The notes: a model not told the origin generated them from the letters alone. Counted from the whole stretch's first letter, positions 23,817-36,895 are shown. The stretch is DNA of 62,974 nt, filler included, from Octopus bimaculoides (GCF_001194135.2; 6 parts of 4 records of this genome joined end to end with filler, not necessarily neighbours in it); one strand, 5' to 3'. A program made the numbers and translations.

Positions 23817-24849
23817 NNNNNNNNNNNNNNNNNNNNNNNNNNNNNNNNNNNNNNNNNNNTTAATTAATTAANNNNNNNNNNNNNNNNNNNNNNNNNNNNN
23901 NNNNNNNNNNNNNNNTATATATATATATATATATATATATCAGTCTTAATCGCTTACAGTAAAATGTCTTGTTTTCAAAGCAATATAATTTCACATAGGC
24001 GTGGAAATCTTAACGGGGTTTCTGAACATGCATCTTGTTTTATTAGCAGATTTCAAGTGGAAAGCTCCTACTCAAGGCACGATAAGTTCTGGTCCCAGCT
24101 AGAATTTGTGGTGAAAACACTTGATAGAATCAAGTATTTCTGTCGAGTAGCGATGTATTTAGATAAACTGAATCTTTGGAAAAGATAAAAACTTTTGTTG
24201 TTGTTGTTGTTGTTGTAATGTGTCCCATATTTTATGAAACAAAATGGTGTGTTTTCTTTAGAAATAGTTGCTAAACATTAAATACGTGATAATAAATGTC
24301 TTGCTGTCATGATGGTAGTCTTGAGGGCTGCTACTTTTTTTATGAATATTTCATGTTTGCCATCATTTGATCGCATAGTAATTGTACATTAAAACTATAT
24401 TCCAGACAGTAATTCGAAATAATAAACGACGTGAAATGATTCCAGTACATTTCTGATAGTTTATTGGTACCAACATTTTGCTTTATTTATTTGATCTACA
24501 TATACGAAGAGTGTGTAAAATTTTGCGATGTTTTTCGTCGGACATTCGACTTTTGTGTGTCCTCTTCCGGCTTTGATAATTTAAATTCTTCCTTTGGAGA
24601 ATAAGCAAATTCTTAACAAAGATAAGAACCCTCCATCGTTGGAACGTAGTTAACAAAAACATCACATTATCAAAGTGACTTCTAGTGAAGGGTTTTAGGC
24701 GAAGGGATCGCCACATTGATCACCAATTATCAAAGTGCATCAAGTTTTATAGAGATTTTCGCCTCAGCAGGACTGCTGACCTCTATGACACGCAAGCAAC
24801 AATAAGATTGCTCCTCTAAATGGAAACCTTACCACTTATTATGATTTTG

Positions 24850-25008
24850 TTGGACAAAGCAAAGCAGGTCTTGCCGTCTATTCAATAAAACATAGTAAAT
24901 TATCCACAAGCACTCAAGTAATCTGAGTCTTCAATTTGTTCTATTTGCCAAAAGGTTTTCAAGGCACCAGCAGGCCTCAAGAGACACATTCGTGTCCATC
25001 AAGCATGA
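24850..25008 (+). pseudogene. Decayed C-terminal C2H2 zinc-finger region, probably the 3' end of an RTE-like LINE
   Basis: 24937-25008 encodes CSICQKVFKAPAGLKRHIRVHQA*. An upstream broken finger reads YDFVGQSKAGLAVYSIKH. In-frame stop at 24919-24921. Confidence 0.55.
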
Positions 25009-25161
25009 TTAACATTTTATTTTACTGAATCTTCACTTGTTGTTCATGACAGATGAATCCATCATATATATATATAACGAAAAAAAGAGATTAAAACTCC
25101 AATCAGATATCAATAAAGTACTCTTTGTCAAGTTCAAAATAAGAAGTGATAAAAATTCAAA

Positions 25162-25603
25162 ATTAAGTCGATTATATCGACCCAGTGCGTAACTAGTACT
25201 TATTTAATCGACCCCGAAAGGATAAACGGCATAGTCGACCTCGGCGGAATTTGAACTCAGAACATAAAGACAGACGAAATACCGCTAAGTATTTCGCCCG
25301 GCGTGCTAACATTTCTTATTTCTTTGTTACCTACAAGGGACTAAACATAGAGGGGACAGACAAAGGAATGAAGTCGATTATATCGACCCCAGTGCGTAAC
25401 TAGTACGTAAAGACAGAACGTAAAGACAGACGAAATACCGGTAAGCATTTCGCCCGGTGTGCTAACGATTCTGCCAGCTCGACCCCGAAAAGATGAAAGG
25501 CAAAGTCGACCTCGGCGGAATTTGAACTCAGAACGTAACGGCAGACGAAATACAGCTAAGCGTTTCGCTCGGAGTGCTAACGTTTCTGCCAGCTTGTCGC
25601 CCT
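25162..25603 (-). mobile_element. Cluster of three overlapping/rearranged SINE family D segments
   Basis: Blocks gacgaaatac.gctaag..tttcgcc.gg.gtgctaac and gtcgacctcggcggaatttgaactcagaac recur 2-3 times; reverse complement of the 29299 copy. Confidence 0.88.
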
Positions 25604-26772
25604 AAAAAGTGCATCTATTAATGATAACTATCAGAACTTGTGAATGTCTCACGGAATTAATGGCAAACGTATTGGGTTACGTCTGAACACTTTATCCAAA
25701 ACACCTGAAAATTGTAGCCTGTGTTGTGTCTCTATGGAAAGATAGTCGCCCATCTTCTACTCATTGATAATTGAAAGAAATTGAAATAAGATGATCAGTT
25801 ATTACATATAATATATATAGTGTATATACTTTATACACAATTTTATAGACTTAACACACAGCACTCATAAAATATTCACTCTTATTTTTCTATTTTCTCC
25901 ATAAAGAAAAAAATATCCCATACATATGATACAACCTTTAGTTAAATTGCACATATCTGCCACATAAATAAGACTTAATATTTTACGGAATTGCACTTAT
26001 GCGTTAAGTGATAGGTGATATAAATATATTAGTTCAATTAAAAGAAAAAAATACACTATCACTATTCAATCACCGCCACCACCACCCTCCTCTTCTCTAG
26101 TCACATAAAAGCGTTACCGACGGGCCAAGTAACGCAACGATAAGCAGAGTTATTATAAGATACACAGTAAATTTATCCTAAATTACTTAATGTATTTGCT
26201 GATTTTATATTATTTAACTTAATTTTCCTTCTCCGTATTTCTAAGGAGCTGTTTTCACCTCTAAAACTAGATACCTTTTCTTCACAACTCTACAGATAGA
26301 TATTCTGATATTTCCTGGTGCTCAAAACATATTTAATGACACCCTCTAATAGCCTAATAATACCCTAACATATTACATACTCAGCTTTTATTACATCTGC
26401 GGTATTCTCGTCCTTATCTCTCCCCCGCTGTTTTTTAATGATCACCCCAACGGCTGTCGTAATTTGAAAAATGTTTCAATTTGCATATATTTACAAGACA
26501 CATTTTAATGTCCTTTCTATTTATTTTCTCTTTATTCCAATTAACATTTCTTCTCTATTTCCTACTGTATGTTCTTTCCATGTCCTCTTTTATTTCTTAT
26601 CCATTAATTCTTAAATTCTATCCGTTTTCTGAATGGGTTTCTACTACCGTTTCTTAGTAAATGGGTGTGGATACATTCTTTAAATGTCATTCTCAATGAC
26701 TGGGTGTAAACACAGTCAGAATGTTAAGAATATAAGTGAGCATGTCTGAGTGCCATAAAAATATGTGTTTCC

Positions 26773-27040
26773 TAGGCGCAAGCATGGCTATGTGGTTAAT
26801 AACCTTGCTGTGCAACCATGTGGTTTCGGGTTCAAATCCACAACGCAGCACATTGGCTGTGTTCCCTGCTATGGCCTCGAGCTGACCAATATCTTGTAAA
26901 GGCAAAACAAACCGATAGAATAAGTACCAGGCTTTAAAAGTATAAGCACAGAGGGAGATTAGTTCAACTAAAATTTCTTCAAGCCGGTGCCCCAGCCTGG
27001 CCACAGTCGAATGAGTGAAACAAGTAAAGGAAAGATGAAA
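26773..27040 (+). mobile_element. SINE family C relative with internal deletion
   Basis: Head taggcgcaagcatggctatgtgg joined directly to the gatagaataagtacc..gaaacaagtaaa tail. Confidence 0.75.
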
Positions 27041-27536
27041 GACAGATTCTTGTAATACGTGTGCTGTCGTTTATTTCGTTTGTTTCCCATATTTTAGAAG
27101 AGTTATCAATAAAATTGTTGAAAGTTAGAAATTCTTTGTGAATAGAAAAGAATTTAATTAGATAATTTAATCACCGTTTCTATCATAAAAATTCCACTCG
27201 CTAACCTTTAAATTTTGCAAGACGTTTAAAACGAAATCCATTAACTATTTAATAACTTACTTCACTGCGTGTCTTTTGATTAGATAACTCCTTCTTACGC
27301 CATTTTATTTTCATTAAAGTATGATAGCCTTCTAACTTTGTTCAATAATAAATTACAATAATATTAAATTCATTCCTACTCCAGTTAATACTGTTAGAAG
27401 TTGAAATGTAGCTTGATCATATTTCTTCATCTGCAAAGCAATTTTCTTTCTATTGCAATTTTGCAAAAGTATTTTTAGAATTCTTAAGTGCCTTCTCTTA
27501 CATAGGTATAGTTAATCCCAGGATTTAGTGTCAGCG

Positions 27537-27831
27537 TGAAAGCACGTGCCTTAGTGGCTGGGTATTCGGCTCACGGTCCTAAGGTCATGGGTTCGATTCC
27601 CGGTGGTGCATTATGACCTGAAGCAAGATTCTCTATTTCATGTTGCTCTAATATGTTTAACTGGAAAAAATTATTATTACCCGTATTTGAAAGGGCCAGC
27701 CTTGTCACTTTCTGTGTCATACCGATTCTCTTTGAGAACTACATTAAGGGTGCTCGTGTCTGTGGAGTACTCAACCACTTGCACGTTGATTTCCCGTGCA
27801 GGTTGTTCCATAGATCGGAACAAATGGAACC
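27537..27831 (+). mobile_element. SINE family B, diverged copy
   Basis: tRNA-like head plus the A/B shared tail (aagggccagccttgtcac..gtgtctgtggagt..ccacttgcacgtt). Confidence 0.85.
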
Positions 27832-28210
27832 TGCGATGTTGTATTTAGTAGCAGAATCTTTCTTAAAGAAGCATAACGTTTATTTCAATTCTAAAGATTT
27901 CCATATCTTGCTGTATGTGGTCCTCATTGTCTTATAGAAATTATTTAGAAGTGAGAGACTAACGATTCAATTTTCCTTTACATCTTCCAATCACGTGACT
28001 GGGGCTTTGCTCTAAGCACCACGTTAAAGGGGTTTAGACAAACAGATCGAACCCAATACTTATTTTCAAAGTCTGGTATTTATTCTTTTGGTCTCTTTCA
28101 CCGAACCGCTAATTTGCCGAGACTTAAACACACCAACACCGTTTGTCGAGCAGTGGTGATGGAATAAAGACAATCACACACACACATAGTATTTACACGT
28201 TATGTATAAA

Positions 28211-28632
28211 TAGGCGCAGGAGTGGCTGTGTGGTAAGTAGCTTGTTTACCAACCACATGGTCCCGGGTTCATTCCCACTGCGTGGCACCTTGGGCAATTG
28301 TCTTCTACTATAGCCTGGGGCCGACCAAAGCCTTGTAAGTGGATTTGGTAGACGGAAACTGAAAGAAGCCCGTCGTATATATGTATGTGTATATATATAT
28401 ATATATATGTGTGTTTGTGTGTCTGTGTATGTCCCCCCAACATCGCTTGACAACCGATGGTGGTGTGTTTACGCCCCCGTAACTTAGCGGTTCGGCAAAA
28501 GAGACCAACAGAATAAGTACTAGGCATCCAAAGAATAAGTCCTGATGTCGATTTGCTCGACTAAATGTGGTGCTCCAGCATGGCCACAGTCAAATGACTG
28601 AAACAAGTCAAAGAGTAAAGTGTAAAAAGAGT
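28211..28632 (+). mobile_element. tRNA-derived SINE, family C, full length
   Basis: A/B-box head, ccttgggcaa core, internal (TA/TG)n, tail gactgaaacaag. Confidence 0.92.
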
Positions 28633-29298
28633 ATACATACACACACATATACATTGAATAAAACGAGACAACAAAGCCAAGGAAATGTGAAATTTTTAGG
28701 ACATTTATAAAGAAAGAGGTGGTCTTACAGTTGTTTCATGTACATAAAGGATATGCCATAATCAGAGACGATATGAGAGAGTTAAACAGAAGGAATTTTA
28801 TTCGGCATATACACGCTCACACACGACCCGCGTTAGACTCCTCACTCATACTATTATCGAACTGGAAGTCTAACAGCAGTCCTTCCGTGGTACTTACATA
28901 GACTCATCTGCCTTTTGGGTCTTCTGGATATCAAAACCTCTCATATATCTATTCAAATTTCACAGAAAGTGCATTTATCGGTTCGAGACTATATTAGAAA
29001 ACATTTATCCAAGAGGCCGCATAGTGGGACGGAACCAAAAACCAAATGTTTGTAAGACGAGCTTCTTAACTTCATGGTGATGCTCGTACTGCAACATATT
29101 GACAAAATATGAAGAATCTTTACAGATTTATTCCTGTACATCTCAATCAGAAGCGCTGAATTGCTATCTTCCTTTGTACAATACTAACTTCAGCTGCCAG
29201 AGCTTATAGGTTGTTAGATCTGAATGAAATCCAGGGTTACTATCTTGACACTGCTCAGTGTTATATCCATAACCGTGTCATTCACCACACGTTTGTCC

Positions 29299-29880
29299 CA
29301 AGGCGGCGAGCTGGCAGAAACTTTAGCACGCCGAGCGAAATGCTTACCGGTATTTCGTCTGCTGTTACGTTCTGAGTTCAAATTCCGCCGAGGACGACTT
29401 TTTGTTTCAGCCTTTCGGGGTCAATAAATTAAGTACCAGTTACGCACTGGGGTCGATGTAATCGACTTAATCCCTTTGTCTGTCCTTGTTTGTCCCCTCT
29501 ATGTTTAGCCCCTTGTGGNNNNNNNNNNNNNNNNNNNNNNNNNNNNNNNNNNNNNNNNNNNNNNNNNNNNNNNNNNNNNNNNNNNNNNNNNNNNNNNNNN
29601 NNNNNNNNNNNNNNNNNNNNNNNNNNNNNNNNNNNNNNNNNNNNNNNNNNNNNNNNNNNNNNNNNNNNNNNGGGTAATAAAGAAATAAGAAATGTAAGTA
29701 CGCCGGGCGAAATTCTTAGCGGTATTTCGTCTGCCTTTACGTTCTGAGTTCAAATTCCGCTGAGGTCGACTTTGCTTTTCATCCTTTCAGAGTCGATAAA
29801 TTAAGTACCAGTTGAGTATTGGTGTTGATCTAATCGACTGGCCATTCGTCCAAACTTTCGGGCCTTGTGCCTAGAGTAAA
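29299..29880 (+). mobile_element. Head-to-tail dimer of SINE family D (Deu/Nin-like central domain)
   Basis: ggcggcgagctggcagaaac head. gtcgactttgc.tttcatcctttc.g.gtcgataaattaagtaccag resembles the Deu/Nin conserved SINE domain (from recall). The second copy has a different tail. Confidence 0.85.
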
Positions 29881-29954
29881 ACAGATTTACTACACATTTG
29901 TCCCGATCATTTTCCCTTCACAATCGAACGAGTAAAGAGATTCGTGATATTTTC

Positions 29955-30290
29955 ACTCCTAAAGGATGAAAGGCAATGTCGACCGCGGTGGAATTTAAAC
30001 TCAGAATGTAAGGACGGAAGAGATGCTACTAAGCAATTTATCCGACGATCTAACGCTTCCGTCAGCCCGTTGCCAAGAATTCTTCTAAACAAGACCAGCA
30101 GTTTTGAAGAGATGGCGCAAATTGTTTACATCCATACCAGTGCTTTACTAGTACTTTATTTTACCGACTCCCTCATGAATGAAATCCATATCTGGCTTTG
30201 GCGGAATTTTAACTTAGAACTTTAAAAGCCGTAAGGAAATTCGACAAACATTTTGTCGGATGCTCTAACGATTCTCCCAAATTGTCACCT
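29955..30290 (-). mobile_element. Two older, diverged family D fragments
   Basis: aaaggatgaaaggcaatgtcgacc..ggaatttaaactcagaa and a more decayed copy at 30150-30290. Confidence 0.7.
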
Positions 30291-30567
30291 TAATAATGAT
30301 CCTTTCTGAAGGTAACAATATGCCTTGGTGTGCGGACCACCAATACCGACGGTAGCACCGTACAAGCACGATGCTGCCTTCAGTTAAGGTAGGACTGCCA
30401 CCAGGGCGGCCGACCCCGGTACTACCTTGTCGTGGTGAGAGAGCTTGCGCCCTGGGTGATGATCGGCAGTGGTAGAGTTCCGTCGCGATCGGGTTCGAGT
30501 GTTTTTCGTTGCTATATTGGACGTCCACCACTGTTGATCGAGTGTTAATAATAATTAAAAAAAAAAA

Positions 30568-30600
<33 letters not shown>

Positions 30601-31480
30601 TTACATGGGAGGCTGAGGGAACAGCTGCAGGATTGCCTTAATGAAGGAATAATGCCAGATTGGATGACAAGAGGATGGACATTACTCATAAGGAAAGATA
30701 AAAGCAAGGGTAATACAGCAGTAGCTCACTCTAGTTGTCCGACTGGTGAGTAATCAGGGTTGCACCGTACATCTCGCAGCACTTGTTGGTCGAGTGTTTT
30801 TCGTTACCATATCGGATATATACGAAATTTGTGGGGAGGGGAATACTCATTTACATCGACCCAAGTGTCCGACTGAGATTTATTTCATCGACCTCGAAAG
30901 GATGAAAAGTAAAGTTGACTTCAGCGGAATTTGAATTCGGAATGTAAAGACGGACGAAATACCGCTAAACATTTTCTCCGGCATGTAGCGATTCTGTCAG
31001 TTCACCCTTTTCATCACATACATAATAATAAGGGTTTCAAACTTTGGCACAACCAGTAGTTTTTGAGTGGAGGGGTAAGTCAATTACATCACCCCCAATA
31101 CTTGACTGGTACATAACTCATTGATAAAGAGAATAGAAAGTTCCCGATAACTGACTTTATAGTCCCAAATGATGAAAAAAATCAAAATGAGAGGTATAGA
31201 AGAAATATCAATGTACCAGGACCTAGCCATTGAATTACAGAGACTATGGAAAGTGCAGGAAAATGTACCTCAATAGTTATAGGTGTATTGAGAATAACCC
31301 CCAAGATTTTAACAGATGGTTAGAGGAACTAGGCATAAAACCTAGTTTAGTGTAGCTCCAGAAAATAGTGTTATTGGGGACAGCTAGGATACTTAGGAAG
31401 GTTCTTGGCATCTAAGTTTGCTTTTTGATGCCCGATGTTATGATTTTTTCAATTCCAACAGTCTAATCTGTTGTGTGTAT
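30601..31480 (+). pseudogene. Internally deleted R4/Dong-like (restriction-like endonuclease) non-LTR retrotransposon relic in (TAA)n
   Basis: 30601-30720 encodes LHGRLREQLQDCLNEGIMPDWMTRGWTLLIRKDKSKGNTA (RT N-terminal region). 31147-31415 encodes DFIVPND..YQDLAIELQRLWKV..IVIGVL..LQKIVLLGTARILRKVLGI*. (AAT)n on both sides; interrupted by family D SINE fragments at 30830-31105. Confidence 0.8.
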
Positions 31481-32761
31481 AATAATAATAATAATAATAA
31501 TAATGTTGTTATTCATTTGTCTTATTTGTAAAGAGTAGTTTTACTGCACTCTTATACACAGTTCTCTCCGTTTCGGGTAAATGTCGTTATAATTTAGTTC
31601 TGTATTTGCTAGGGTGTGAACAGGGCTGTATGCTCTGTCTTGTATTGTTATTTTCCTTTGTGTTATGAACCTTTATAGATCCTTAACGTTTTCGGTTATG
31701 TATGTGTCTGCATTTGAAAAAAAAATTATTACTCAGGCACGTTTTAGCATAGAGATATTTTCTATCTCCAGAACTAACATAACGGTTATGTGAATCAGCA
31801 TTCCTGAAACGCTGCACGTTTTTTCATTTTCTGATACATTTTCTGAGGAATTTTTTGTTATTAATTTCAACGTTAGAATTTCGGGTGACACTGTTTATGT
31901 TTGTGACGGTGCGAAATGTGTTTGCCAGTGTAATTGGTTTTTCTTCCTTCGAATTTTTTAAGTACAAATATCTCTCATATTTTGTTTACAAGACTTTGTT
32001 TCCCTTTCTGGGACATACACCACCATCGCCATCATGAATCAAACAAACGTCTGTTGGCAGAAGAAAAAAAAGGAAAATCTTTGTTTTGAATTTCTTTTTT
32101 TCTCTAATGAAAAAATACCAGTAATAAAACTATTTTATGAAAGTTTCGCACAAAACATCCTTTAACATGCAATCCGATTGTTATTTTAAAGCTTATTTTT
32201 ATTTATCATTCTTTTATCGTGTTTCTAGCAATTGCAAACAGAATTTCAGGAGGAGGCACGACAGCTATCCTACTACCCTCAATTTTCCAAAATTGGGCGT
32301 CATCCTTCCGCTTGGCCTGCTTATCATTCAGGCAGAAGTTAAACATAGTCTTATGAGACGCGACTCTTGCAAAATAGAACTTGCTAAAGGTGACGCCATT
32401 GCTGTCGTTGATGTCGATGGTGGGGGCCGTGTATTTATTGATGGATTTATTTATTGATTTATCGTTCTTCTGTTGTTGTGACTTTGCTCTCCACTGTCGT
32501 AATTGTTGTTACTCGGATTGAACCTGTTGTTGTTCAACAAGGTATTGCTACTGATGTTGAAACTGCGGCTGCAGCTACCTCAGCTGCTATTGCAACTTTT
32601 GCGGTTGTTGTTAAATTTGTTGTTGTAATTATTGTATTTGTTGTTGTTATAGTTATTGCTAGTATTTTTCATCGCAATAGCATCGAACCCAGAACATAAA
32701 TACAGATGAGATGCCGCAAAGCGATTTTCGGTGCAGGAACGAGTCTGCCACCGCTCCGCCC

Positions 32762-32781
32762 TAATAATAATAATAATAATA

Positions 32782-32843
<62 letters not shown>

Positions 32844-32848
32844 GGTGG

Positions 32849-32919
<71 letters not shown>

Positions 32920-32929
32920 GTGATGATGG

Positions 32930-32993
<64 letters not shown>
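32762..32993. repeat. (AAT)n(GAT)n(GGT)n microsatellite, likely expanded 3' tail of the adjacent retroposon
   Basis: Directly visible; abuts 32994. Confidence 0.93.
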
Positions 32994-32994
<1 letters not shown>

Positions 32995-33540
32995 CAGTAC
33001 CAGGCAGTGACTCTCATGGCTTCTCATCTTAACTGATTGGAAGTGTTATCATATACATTGATTTGTCTTTGCATAAAAGATGGGTTGCAGCAAATATTCT
33101 GCTTAATACCACAGATTTGATTGTCAGTTGTTTAACCTTAACCCGTTGAGCATGACGATTGGTGGCTGACGATATGTGCATCTCTGATCACGAGCAGATG
33201 TAGTGGGGGAGCATCATAGCCATGTGTTGAGAGGAATTCTTTGGAGTTTGGGATAATTCACTTCTGGAAACATGGGTGTTTCGTACAACATCCTTAAACG
33301 ATCCTTATTCAGGGTCCTTTTGAGCGGGATGGGCTACTCGACATGAAGAAAATTCTAACTGGGCCCCACCTGCAAACTCATGCGCTATTAATCTTGATAT
33401 GAAATCACCATGTCGCGCACATGTGTTTGTGCTGCATCTGCCTGGTGTACCCTTATTAGACGGGTAGTCAGGATGGGTATAATGGGCTTCGTATATTTTA
33501 CCCCAGTGAGACTTTGATAGCATGCACTGCTCTCTCACTC
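32994..33540 (-). mobile_element. Unassigned non-coding retroposon (SINE or LINE 3' end) with (ATC)n tail
   Basis: Complex-sequence block bounded by microsatellites, ending ...gcctggtactgc(ATC)n on the minus strand; family not identifiable from this window alone. Confidence 0.45.
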
Positions 33541-34739
33541 AATAATAATGATAATAATNNNNNNNNNNNNNNNNNNNNNNNNNNNNNNNNNNNNNNNNNN
33601 NNNNNNNNNNNNNNNNNNNNNNNNNNNNNNNNNNNNNNNNNNNNNNNNNNNNNNNNNNNNNNNNNNNNNNNNNNNNNNNNNNNNNNNNNNNNNNNNNNNN
33701 NNNNNNNNNNNNNNNNNNNNNNNNNNNNNNNNNNNNNNNNNNNNNNNNNNNNNNNNNNNNNNNNNNNNNNNNNNNNNNNNNNNNNNNNNNNNNNNNNNNN
33801 NNNNNNNNNNNNNNNNNNNNNNNNNNNNNNNNNNNNNNNNNNNNNNNNNNNNNNNNNNNNNNNNNNNNNNNNNNNNNNNNNNNNNNNNNNNNNNNNNNNN
33901 NNNNNNNNNNNNNNNNNNNNNNNNNNNNNNNNNNNNNNNNNNNNNNNNNNNNNNNNNNNNNNNNNNNNNNNNNNNNNNNNNNNNNNNNNNNNNNNNNNNN
34001 NNNNNNNNNNNNNNNNNNNNNNNNNNNNNNNNNNNNNNNNNNNNNNNNNNNNNNNNNNNNNNNNNNNNNNNNNNNNNNNNNNNNNNNNNNNNNNNNNNNN
34101 NNNNNNNNNNNNNNNNNNNNNNNNNNNNNNNNNNNNNNNNNNNNNNNNNNNNNNNNNNNNNNNNNNNNNNNNNNNNNNNNNNNNNNNNNNNNNNNNNNNN
34201 NNNNNNNNNNNNNNNNNNNNNNNNNNNNNNNNNNNNNNNNNNNNNNNNNNNNNNNNNNNNNNNNNNNNNNNNNNNNNNNNNNNNNNNNNNNNNNNNNNNN
34301 NNNNNNNNNNNNNNNNNNNNNNNNNNNNNNNNNNNNNNNNNNNNNNNNNNNNNNNNNNNNNNNNNNNNNNNNNNNNNNNNNNNNNNNNNNNNNNNNNNNN
34401 NNNNNNNNNNNNNNNNNNNNNNNNNNNNNNNNNNNNNNNNNNNNNNNNNNNNNNNNNNNNNNNNNNNNNNNNNNNNNNNNNNNNNNNNNNNNNNNNNNNN
34501 NNNNNNNNNNNNNNNNNNNNNNNNNNNNNNNNGGGGGGGGGGGGTCACTCCTGATATCACCAGCTCCCAGACACTGCATTTACACACATGCACTGATAAC
34601 TATACCAGCATCCGAAAGCAGGTTTCCGGATCCGTTCGCGTCTATTCGTTAACACGCACACCCTCGCACACACAGTGAAACTGTCCCTTCTCATACCTCT
34701 CTCTGTCTGTATGTCTCTCGTTCTTTCGTTACACACACA

Positions 34740-34779
34740 TTCTCTCTGTCTCTCTCTGTTTTTCAGTCATTCTGTCTCA

Positions 34780-34828
<49 letters not shown>

Positions 34829-35398
34829 ATTAACTCTCAATCGGTCATACTTGTACAAACTATTCTCTCGACCCTCCTCCTCCTCCTCCTCCTCCTCCNN
34901 NNNNNNNNNNNNNNNNNNNNNNNNNNNNNNNNNNNNNNNNNNNNNNNNNNNNNNNNNNNNNNNNNNNNNNNNNNNNNNNNNNNNNNNNNNNNNNNNNNNN
35001 NNNNNNNNCTCTCTCTCTCTCTCTCTCTCTCTCTCACTTTCTCTCTCAGCCATTCTTAATGACTCTCAATCTCCCATTACCTCTCCCCCGGTCATCCTTA
35101 CACAAACTTTTCCTCTTTCTCTCTCTCTATCTCTCTATCTCAGCCATTCTCACTCTCACACACACACACGCACTCTCTCTCTCTCTCCCTCTCTCTCTCT
35201 CTCTCTCATTCCCTGACACTCGTCCTTACAAAAACTTCTCTCTCTCTCTCTCTCAGCCATTCTTAATCACTCATTCACACACTTTCTCTCTCTCTCTCTC
35301 TCTCAATACTTCTCTCATGGTAATCCTTACCAAACCTTTTTTCTCTCTGTCTCTCTCAGCTATTCTTACTCTCTTTCTCTCTCTCTCAGCTATTCTTG

Positions 35399-35435
<37 letters not shown>

Positions 35436-35660
35436 CTATTCTCTCTCACTCATCCTTACACACACACACACACACACTCACACACACACACACTCACACA
35501 CACACACTTTCTCCCCCATCTCTCTTTTTCTATCTCTCTCTATCTATCTCTCTCTTTCTCTACTATCCTTACACAGTGTCTCGCTCTCACTCACTCTCAT
35601 ATATTCTCTCTCTTTCTCTCTCTGTTATTTTCTCTCTCCCCTACACCTCTCTCTCCCCCT
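34740..35660. repeat. (CT)n/(CA)n-rich polypyrimidine tract
   Basis: Directly visible; internally repeated ctctcagccattctt motif. Confidence 0.9.
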
Positions 35661-36174
35661 TCCCCCCACACCCATTCATTCATTCTATCTCACCGACGTA
35701 CATACACTGCAAACGCTTTCAGCTCATCATAAATGTTATCTTTTTATGCTGCTCGACAGCTTTAACGTCCACACAACGGTCAGCAGCGGAGTCACTGATA
35801 ACGAAGTGATTCTATTACAACCAACTTTGGGGATGGTTGTTCCATTATAAACAGCGACATTTTTCACAGGGGTTATACATATAAAAGACTAGCGAGAAGT
35901 ATAGAGATAGCTTTATAATGTATATAATACTTCTTAATGTAATTCGTCAATGAGTGATAAACAAATTTGATGAATATAATGAACTGCTAAGCGGTGTGTT
36001 ACTTTCGGACGAATTGTGAGTGTGGGAGGGATGACGTCTGGAGGTCTTTGAGACGCTAAAGTATCGAATATTATTTAGGATAACTCGAGCGGTATTTAGT
36101 TTAAATTCTACTGCGTATATTCGATTAGTTTCTTATAAGGATAATACATAAAGAAAAAAAAAGTAATAAATTGG

Positions 36175-36487
36175 CTCTCAGTCGGTTACGACGACAACCA
36201 GTTGATCCGATCAATAGAATAGCCTGCTCGAGAAATTAACGCCTAAATGGCTGAGCACTCCACAGACACGCGTGCCCTTAATGTAGTACTTAAGGAAATT
36301 CAGCGTGACACAGAATGTGATAAGGTTGGCTCTTTGGAATAAAGTACTATTTATTTTTATGCCAGGTGAGTGAACTGGTTCAACGTAAGTGCCCTTGCTC
36401 AAAGACACAGCGCGCCGCCTGGTTTCAAACTCATGACCTTACAATTGTGAACCGAATACCTCTAAGCGTTTAGCCACGTGCCTTCAC
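36175..36487 (-). mobile_element. SINE family B, diverged copy
   Basis: Collinear with 5059-5387. Confidence 0.87.
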
Positions 36488-36895
36488 ACAAGAGGATAAT
36501 ATGCAAGGCTAGAGACGGAACAATTTCTGCTTCTCTCTGTCCCCACTCTTTTTTTTCTTTAAAAAATAGTTGCTTGGTTAAGGACCTCGCTTTGCTATTA
36601 CATGCTTTAGTATTCAGTACAACTACGTGGCACCTCGGGCTAGTGTCATGTGAGTGAATTTACTACACGGAAACTCTGCAGAATCTGTCTACAAGGGCAA
36701 AATTGATGCTGTTTCAGGAAAGAGAGAGCCCATAATTAATGGAAGGGACTGTTAACGATGACTTCTTTCGCTTTTGATATATTAAATGGGCTCGCGATAA
36801 AGTTCTGGCTGGCAATATCCAGGTAGTTCCTTTTCAAAAAGATATCTTTTTGGAGGAGGGCTGTGTTAAGACTGTTAGAGGCCCTAAAAAGGGTT

